DNA of 64,000 nucleotides from Octopus vulgaris (lineage: Eukaryota). Below, piece after piece: positions 56,597-64,000 of the stretch. The stretch's first letter is position 1; each line of letters starts with the position of its first letter. The stretch lies in assembly GCA_951406725.2 (NCBI GenBank), contig OX597821.1, positions 52,762,001-52,826,000 on the forward strand, in the 5' to 3' direction. The notes below the pieces were generated by a model. The model saw only the letters and a list, made by a program, of their open reading frames with translations. It did no database searches and was not told the DNA's origin. The position numbers were made by a program, and so were the translations under genes.

Positions 56597-58426
56597 TTGC
56601 ACATTGAAAATTGCGTGTACAAAAACCACTTCAGTCTTATAGTGCCATGCGCATTCCAAGTGGGTTGTATTTTGTATTAATTATTTTTTATTCCAATAAA
56701 AAGTGGAATGAAATAAAATATATTCTAGGAATTAACCGTATAGAAGTATATTTTAGAAATGTAGGTGGAAAGAAACCTCCAGTAACAGAGATAATTGATG
56801 TATTTTTTTTTTGCTTATGTGTGTGATTTTTCAATGAGTTTTTTTTTCTAGAAAAATGTCTCAATCAGTAATAATGCATGTATTGTTCAAATGCTGAGAC
56901 TATGTAAAGAGGCATCCCATATATATTTGAGTGCATTTGTGTATGAATGTGTGTATGTGTCTTCGTGTATATATGAGTATATAAATATATATACACATAT
57001 ATATATAATATTGCAGGTTGAGCGTGAGTGCGCGCGCTTTTGCGTACTGCGATGTTATGGTTAAATGTATATATGTATTTTATGTGTAACAATGTTAGAT
57101 TTAGTCTTGCTTTGAAAATATATTTCCAACAAGTATTTCGGCAGCTTGAAGTTTTATCTTTCACTAAAAAGTCAGCACCTTACTTTCCTTTACATTATGT
57201 AATTTTTTTTTATATACCAACAACCTTTTAACATTCCTTGTGAGAAAATAAATACTTAGTCCTGGCCGTGTTCAACTCTTCAAGCTCCAGATGAGTAACA
57301 GGAGCATGAAACTAATGACTTCAATTCAAGAAGCTGTTAATATTCCTTTGTCTTATCTATGGCTTATATTCACTATTCCCTTGTTATTGTTAAGATGCAA
57401 TGTCTGTCTGCTATGGGTTTCTGTAATTACAAAAATGATAAGCATGACAAAACTAATATTACATCTCCTAGATACCGACAACACTGACTGAAGCGGCGTC
57501 ATTTTGGGCGCCAGGTAGTCGTGGCCGCTTCCTTGTGTACTACATATTAATCCTTTATTATTAGTTCCAAGAAATTCGACGTTTACAACCTGAGTAACAT
57601 TGATAAATTCTATAAGTCATGTCCAACATTCCCAACGCTGTTACTTAGCCTACTCCTTCCTGTCATATTTTCTAAACCAAGATTCTCTTTTGTTATTTGC
57701 GCCGCTGATGCCGATCGATCGTTTTTCTCTTCATTTGTCGCGGCCGGGGTACCATGGCCTTTGCTGGCCTCTAACAGAACTCGCACATCTTGTCTCAACG
57801 GTTCCCGCTCGACAAATAGTGGACAGGCGACGCCGCCGCGCGTGAGGCGACGTCACAGCCAGGGTTGTAAGAAATTAATAGATGAAAAATTAATTGCAAT
57901 ATATTGGTCCAATTGAGTTGTGTCGTAAGTAATTGATTGCTATCACAACGATTATTTGCAATTAATTGCAGTTAATTGCAACATTGGCAGCGATAGTTTT
58001 CCAAAAGGCCCATACTTCATTCGACGTTCAATTGCCAAATACAGCGTTCTATAATTACTTGAGGTATTGTGTTGACGCGTTGTTCTGATTACTGAAAACG
58101 ATTCACACATTCTGTTGTGCTTAGGAATTGACTATTGTGTTATGTTGTGAAATAAACACTGTCAAGAGTTGACACTTTGTTAGGACTGCCGAGAATGATC
58201 CATAAATTCTGTTGTGTTTTGGGCACTGGCTATCGTGTATGTTCTCAAATAATCGCTGTCGAGTTTTTCTTGGTTCTGAATGCCGGGAATGATTCACACA
58301 TTCTGTCTTCGTGTCATTAAATCGTAACTTCGCCGGCAACACAGTTGTAATTTGAATTCTAACGTATTAACTAGATCAGTCTTTCATCAGTAGAGTGGTG
58401 AAATATCTCCTAATTTGAAGTAACAT

Positions 58427-60367
58427 ATGCTGCGTGTAAACGAACTAATCGTCATAAAATATTTTTATCAAACAGAGAGTGAACATGTATGGAAATGCAA
58501 TTGTGGAAAAAATGTTGACCCAGAATAAAGGAACTGGGTGGATAAATCTTATGAATCATATAAAAAAAAAATAAAATCAGCATCCAGAGTATTCTACTAC
58601 ACAAGCAACTGGGCAACCATCTTCATCGAGTGTTCTTTCACCGAGAAGTAGTTTGGTCAATCACTCAGCCTTAAATGTTTATGGTTGGGTTGATTGGGTA
58701 TGTGTTGGTTTAAAACCATTTTCCTTTACTGACGACCTACTGACTCGTAAGTACACAAACGTGTGGAGTATGACAAACGTGACCTTGAATAAATACATGG
58801 AGAATCTTACACAAGAAGTGGAAAAGAAAATATCTGATGAACTTCCAAGTGAAATTTCGTTGGTAATCGACGATTGAACTTAGAGTTCTACTCATTCCAT
58901 TGCACCCTTTGCAATTTATTCGTGCAAATACCAAAACGACTATTGTATTTTTTTGCTGGTATTTTTGCCAATGGTGAGTGAAATTCATTTACTGCTTCTG
59001 ATTATGTCGAATTTATAGAGTATGTGTTAAGTGTCTATAACAAGAATTTAGAAAAGTAACTATTACCTGAGATAATACTGAAGTGAACAAATCTATAGCG
59101 AATTTGTGTAGAATACCATTGATACGATGTGCCTCTCATAAATTCAGTCTAGCTCTTTCTGTTTATCTCCACAAACACGAAGTTCTGCATGATAAAATCA
59201 ATATCGTGATCGGCAAGCTAAAATCATGAAAACTTGCACGAAAACTTCGGGAAAAAATACCTTTGCAACAACCTTTACAAAGAAATAAAACTCATTGGTC
59301 CAGTACTTATGACATGATTCCAACTCAAACCGTTTTTAGACTCTTCTCAAGGCGATCGAAAGCTGGGTGATTATCTGTTGACTCCACGCGATCATAATGA
59401 TCTGCAAACTCTAAAAGAGAATTTAGGAACATTACGCTTAGTAACAGTCGCCTTGCAAAGAACAGAAAAATAGATTTGGGAGATGCTCGATTTCTTTTTT
59501 GACGAAATTCTTGCATCGTATCCTTACAAGGAGGTTTAAAAATATCTGCTTCCATTAGCAGCCATTGTGCACAGCCCAAATTTTGAAAGTAGAGTTGTGA
59601 AAATTTTACAATAGGCGCAGGAGTGGCTGTGTGGTAAGTAGCCTGTCTACCAACCACATGGTTCCGGGTTCAGTCCCATTGCGTGGCACCTTGGGCAAAT
59701 GTCTTCTACAATAGCCTCGGGCCGACCAAAGCCTTGTGAGTGGATTTAGTAGACGGAAACTGAAAGAAGCCCGTCGTATATATGTATATATATATATATG
59801 TATGCGGGTCTGTGTTTATCCCCATAGCATTGCTTGACAACCGATGCTGGTGTGTTTATGTCCCCGTTACTTAGCGGTTCGGCAAAAAAGACCGATAGAT
59901 TAAGTACTGGGCTTACAAAAGAATAAGTTCCGGGGTCGAGTTGCTCGATTAAAGGCGGTGCTCCAGCATGGCCGCAGTCAAATGACTGAAACAAGTAAAA
60001 GAGAAAGAGAAATACAGAATCAGAGCTAACTGCGGATGAAGTTGCTGTTCTACATCAGCTGAAATTGATGACACGTTACAACAGTCTGATTTACTTTCAG
60101 AAGATGATGATTTTGCTTCAATGTGTTCGAAAATACAAAAAAAAAAAAAAAATAAATAAATAAAATTTCACCTCAGCAATATCTGAACAGCAGATTTTTG
60201 TACCAGCCTCCAACATTTTCGAAGGTTTCTTCAGCTCAGTAGGTTACAATTTTAATGATTTTCGGCAATACTTAATACCAATGAATTTAGAAATGCAACT
60301 ATTTCTACAATTCAATCGCGCGTTCTGGAATGAAGACTTAGTTCCAGAAATCTGCAATCGTTCATGA
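58427..60367 (+). pseudogene. hAT transposase pseudogene (BED finger, RNase H-like core, C-terminal dimerisation domain), split by a SINE
   Basis: WKCNCGK...GTGWINLMNH (BED); NVYGWVDWV...LVIDD*T (D.W); DNTEVN...RCASHKFSL (C2H motif); NKTHWSSTYDM; PASNIFEGFFS...NLEMQLFLQFN; multiple stops and frameshifts. Confidence 0.85.
59614..60009 (+). mobile_element. SINE family A, full-length young copy inserted in the hAT transposase
   Basis: GGCGCAGGAGTGGCTGTGTGGTAAG head, GGGTTCAGTCCC B-box-like motif, (AAGAG)-type tail; interrupts the transposase after SPNFESRVVKILQ. Confidence 0.92.
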
Positions 60368-61015
60368 CCTTTTGCTATATTACAACATTTTAATTGTGCT
60401 AATCGTTTGAGAAACTCTTTCAATTAAAGACCTTCAATGTGTACTCTACAATGTAAAGTATACATGTTGTTTGTTCCCTATTCTAAATCAATAAAACTGA
60501 ACTTTGAACGTTTTCCGATATTAAAGTTTTTGAAACTATAAGACGTGACTTTTATTTTCCTATCCTTTTGGCTCTTATCTAAATCGAAGCTAACACTCTA
60601 AAATATATGGTGTTTTATATTTGGCAAGATAATTGACAATTAATTGCAATAATTGACTGGCCTGTATCCCAATTAAAATTAATTGATTGCTAAGAAAATA
60701 ATTGATTGGAAAAGTTCCAATAAATTATTTACAATCCCTGGTCACAGCCGCCTTCTGTTTCGTTTCACTATTTCCTCCTCGCGTCCGTCGGAGCCACCTC
60801 GCCGATTATCATGATTTCCAGGAATGTAATTTGTGTAAAGGTGGACAGTTACATATTTTAAGTTTGTATAAAATATAAGTATATAATAATAACATAAAGT
60901 AATTAATGTGCGATCGTTCGCACAACCAGGATTGCAATCAAATTTCACTCACATCAAATCTAGTCTTAATAAATTAAGGACAATATGGTTCTAAATAACA
61001 AGAAAAAAAAATCGG

Positions 61016-61145
61016 GAAATCTTTCGTCATATATCCGTGACCTCTTCGGCGACACTTTCCGTCTTTCTGTTTGTTCCTGCTCCGCTTAGTCCATTCTGAC
61101 ATAAAGTGTCACTGAAGAGGTCACAGACGTGTGAGGAAAGATTTC
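61016..61145. repeat. Imperfect 43-bp inverted repeat with decayed hammerhead-like cores
   Basis: 61016-61058 versus 61103-61145; C(T/C)GAAGA-GGTCAC...TGA(C/G)-GAAAGATTTC in each arm. Confidence 0.6.
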
Positions 61146-61322
61146 TGGACAATGGACATAAGTTAAAATAAGAATAAATTTAAAAAATGTTGTTTATGCA
61201 TGCGATATCTATCTATCTATCTATCTAGCTAGCTAGCTAGCTATCAATCTGTATGTCTGTTTGTCTATCTGTTAGTCTTTATTTTGTCTGTATGTATGTC
61301 TGAATGTGTGTGTGTGAGCGTA

Positions 61323-61358
<36 letters not shown>

Positions 61359-61569
61359 TGTGTGTGTGTGTGTGTGTGAGTGTACGTGCGCGCGCGTTTA
61401 CGTGTGTTGAAAATATTTCAAGAATGGCAGTATCTTTTTCAGTCACATTAATAAAACTGACAATTAAAACAATTGTTACTATTGTTATTACTACTACTAG
61501 CAGTAGTTCTTTTAATCGCGCATTCCCATTTTGGCAGAAGTCCAGAAATTTTGAGGGAAGGTGGTGCAC

Positions 61570-61725
61570 TGATTCTATTGGTAAATACTTAACTGGTACT
61601 TAATTTTACTGACCCCAAAATATAAAAGATCAAATTGATCTCAGTGGAATCTGAACGTAAAGAACCGGAACAAATATTGCGAAGCATATTTACGACGCTG
61701 TAGCAAATCTAACGATTTTACCAAA
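61570..61725 (-). mobile_element. Decayed SINE family C
   Basis: AACTGGTACTTAATTTTACTGACCCC...GTGGAATCTGAACG matches family C. Confidence 0.65.
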
Positions 61726-62789
61726 ATTACTACTGCCTGTGGTGATTTTAATAAAAGTAAGAACTTGAACAATATTAAAACAATGAAATATAAAATATCA
61801 TCCCACTCCAGCCAAAACAAGAGATTAAAATAAATAGAACGATCTTTAATTACAATTCCTGGTGAAGTAAATCATATTTGCCAGTAATTGTAAAGATATC
61901 CAGGTATTTAACAGGAATAATATAGAGATTTTGATGTCAAGACACTGCTACTTTTTATTCGTGAATCTGGATAACATCTCTCGTTCTCCTTAATAGCCGC
62001 ATCAATATTTTAAGATGTGCTATTATTGGATACTATTAAGAAGTAAAAACAAAACGGCTTATTCTGATTTCTGTTTTAATACGTGTGGTTCAAATATATC
62101 TATTTTATTTTTAATGAAACATTACAGTATAAAAGTGAAGGAATTTTACACCACAAACACCAGTAGAAGCAGCAAAAGCAGGCTGCAGATTCTATCGAAT
62201 ATAACGTCATGGTAAATTGGAAAATTATCTTGTAAACGGTAATGGGAAAATTTGAGCTTCAACTATTCCATTATTATTTATGCGTGTCGAAAGAAGTATA
62301 GGAAAACGGAAAAAAAATTTTTTATCATTTATATTGAAAAGTAGGAGCAATGTTCATATAATATACATGTTTTACTATTTAAGACGATATGGCTATGAAT
62401 TAGGATAGGGGGCATTATTTTCGGTTTTCTTGCTGTTTAACCTGAGGTAAATTTATGTCGAACATATCTATGATCAAAAATATTCTATCCGTGTTCATCC
62501 TCACTTGTGTCTTTGTGTAGTGAACCCAGAAGCACTGTAGCTATTGACAAATACACACCATACATGACCATATATCTTTAAGAGTATGTAGAATTCCATT
62601 ATCTAACGTGTCCTTTCTTTCTTTCAGACGTTAGCCAGTGAATTTTGGCAGAAAAGGTTGCTATTTCTTAAAAGGAGACCGACCACGTATAAGCTGACGC
62701 TTTAGTCGATACAATTTAATAATTCAGGTGTATGTATGTGAAAACACACATATCTGCGGTATATAAATATATCTGAGAAAGGAATCTAA

Positions 62790-62875
62790 TGATGGACAGA
62801 CAGACTGACAGATGAAAAGACAGAAAAACAGAGAGACAGAGAGAGAGACACATAGATAGATAGATATATAGATAA

Positions 62876-62955
<80 letters not shown>

Positions 62956-63081
62956 CTAGATAAATAAATAGAGAGATAGATAGAGTGAGAGAGAGAGATG
63001 GCTAGCCGGATGGAGAGCGAGCGAGAGATTTAAATGAATGGGTGGATGGAGAGAGAGCGAGAGCAAAAGGCAGAGAGAGAT

Positions 63082-63135
<54 letters not shown>
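62790..63135. repeat. (GATA)n and (GA)n microsatellites
   Basis: Directly visible. Confidence 0.97.
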
Positions 63136-63136
<1 letters not shown>

Positions 63137-63466
63137 GATGGATATGCACACACTCACACTCAGTCACTGATACAAACGTTGAAGCATGTCACAAGAGTAC
63201 GTAAATTGTATTCAATGCGCCTTGTAGAGTTTATTAGAATCGAATGTTTATTACATCACTCGATATATGAGCAGCTGGTGCGATCTTCGAAAGAGAATCT
63301 TAATAACGCAACCTGACGATTATTTCGCTTGACGAAATACAGTGGTATAAAACTTGAGACCTACGTAAATTAACACAGATATCTATCTATCTATCTAGCT
63401 ATCTGTCTGTCTGTCTGTTTATCTATCTATCTACCTATTTATCTATCTACCTATCTATCTATATAG

Positions 63467-63519
<53 letters not shown>

Positions 63520-64000
63520 AATGTTTGGGATGCATCTATGTATGTAAATTTGTGTGTATGTGTGTGTGTGTGGTGTGTGTGAATAAGTATGTGTTTGTGT
63601 TTGTTTTCATTTGAGATATGTTTGCGTCAGAAGCACATCAGTCTCCCATTAAATGCTAGCTCAACATAAACTTCTAACGATTAATCTTATATTGTGACTT
63701 CTTCACGTCTTTGTGTGTAACCTTGCTCTGCTTGATCTTTGCTCTGCTTGATCCATTCGAGAGCACCAACGAAGACGGAAAGAGTAATAAATGAGTGAAA
63801 GACGAATATATAGCGCCTGTGTTTATCTTTAAAAAAAAGAAAAGAAAAAATGACCACCCCGAAATACAACAATATATGTTTCATCAGACGTCTTCACATC
63901 AGGAAACGTAAACATTCATGTTATGTTATCAAGCTACTTATGTTGATATTATTCTTTAAATTAGTCATCCTGCGAATTCGGCATTGCATTTCATCATTTC

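Larger units (their letters stand above)
57860..60740 (+). mobile_element. hAT-superfamily DNA transposon, full length, inactive
   Basis: 8-bp TSD GTCACAGC (57852-59 and 60741-48); TIRs CAGGGTTGTAAGAAATT / AATTATTTACAATCCCTG; subterminal AATT(A/G)ATTGC repeats at both ends. Confidence 0.92.

Noticed and set aside
58090-58310. Spaced direct repeats (GATTCACACATTCTGT) as CRISPR-like
   Set aside because: Only two clear copies, inside the hAT 5' region; eukaryotic context with no cas genes.
57533-61003. Outer TIR pair enclosing the hAT
   Set aside because: Similarity between about 57533-57565 and 60968-61003 is weak and AT-rich; no TSD.
63875-63905. Minus-strand CTGATGT...CTGATGAAAC as a hammerhead
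   Set aside because: No stem II between the core elements.

Overview
AT-rich, microsatellite-dense eukaryotic DNA with no confidently recognisable cellular protein-coding exon, rRNA, tRNA gene or CRISPR array. Nearly all ORF-track entries are translations of (TA)n, (CA)n, (GATA)n or (TAA)n. The SINE families and repeat landscape resemble an octopod cephalopod genome (recognised from memory, not from a search), probably a long intron or intergenic tract. It contains three tRNA-like SINE families, a candidate 5S-derived SINE, decayed Mariner, L1/Tx1, R4/Dong-like, RTE, CR1-like and Penelope-like fragments, a probable non-autonomous Helitron, and a complete but dead hAT transposon with TIRs and an 8-bp TSD. 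The most interesting signals are: (1) a ~630-bp near-perfect palindrome with an intact type I hammerhead ribozyme on each strand, plus two more hammerhead-like motifs elsewhere; (2) a textbook minus-strand recursive-splice (AG|GTAAG) site followed by a 120-nt stop-containing RS-exon; (3) a hAT transposase whose motifs recall oomycete-type hATs.
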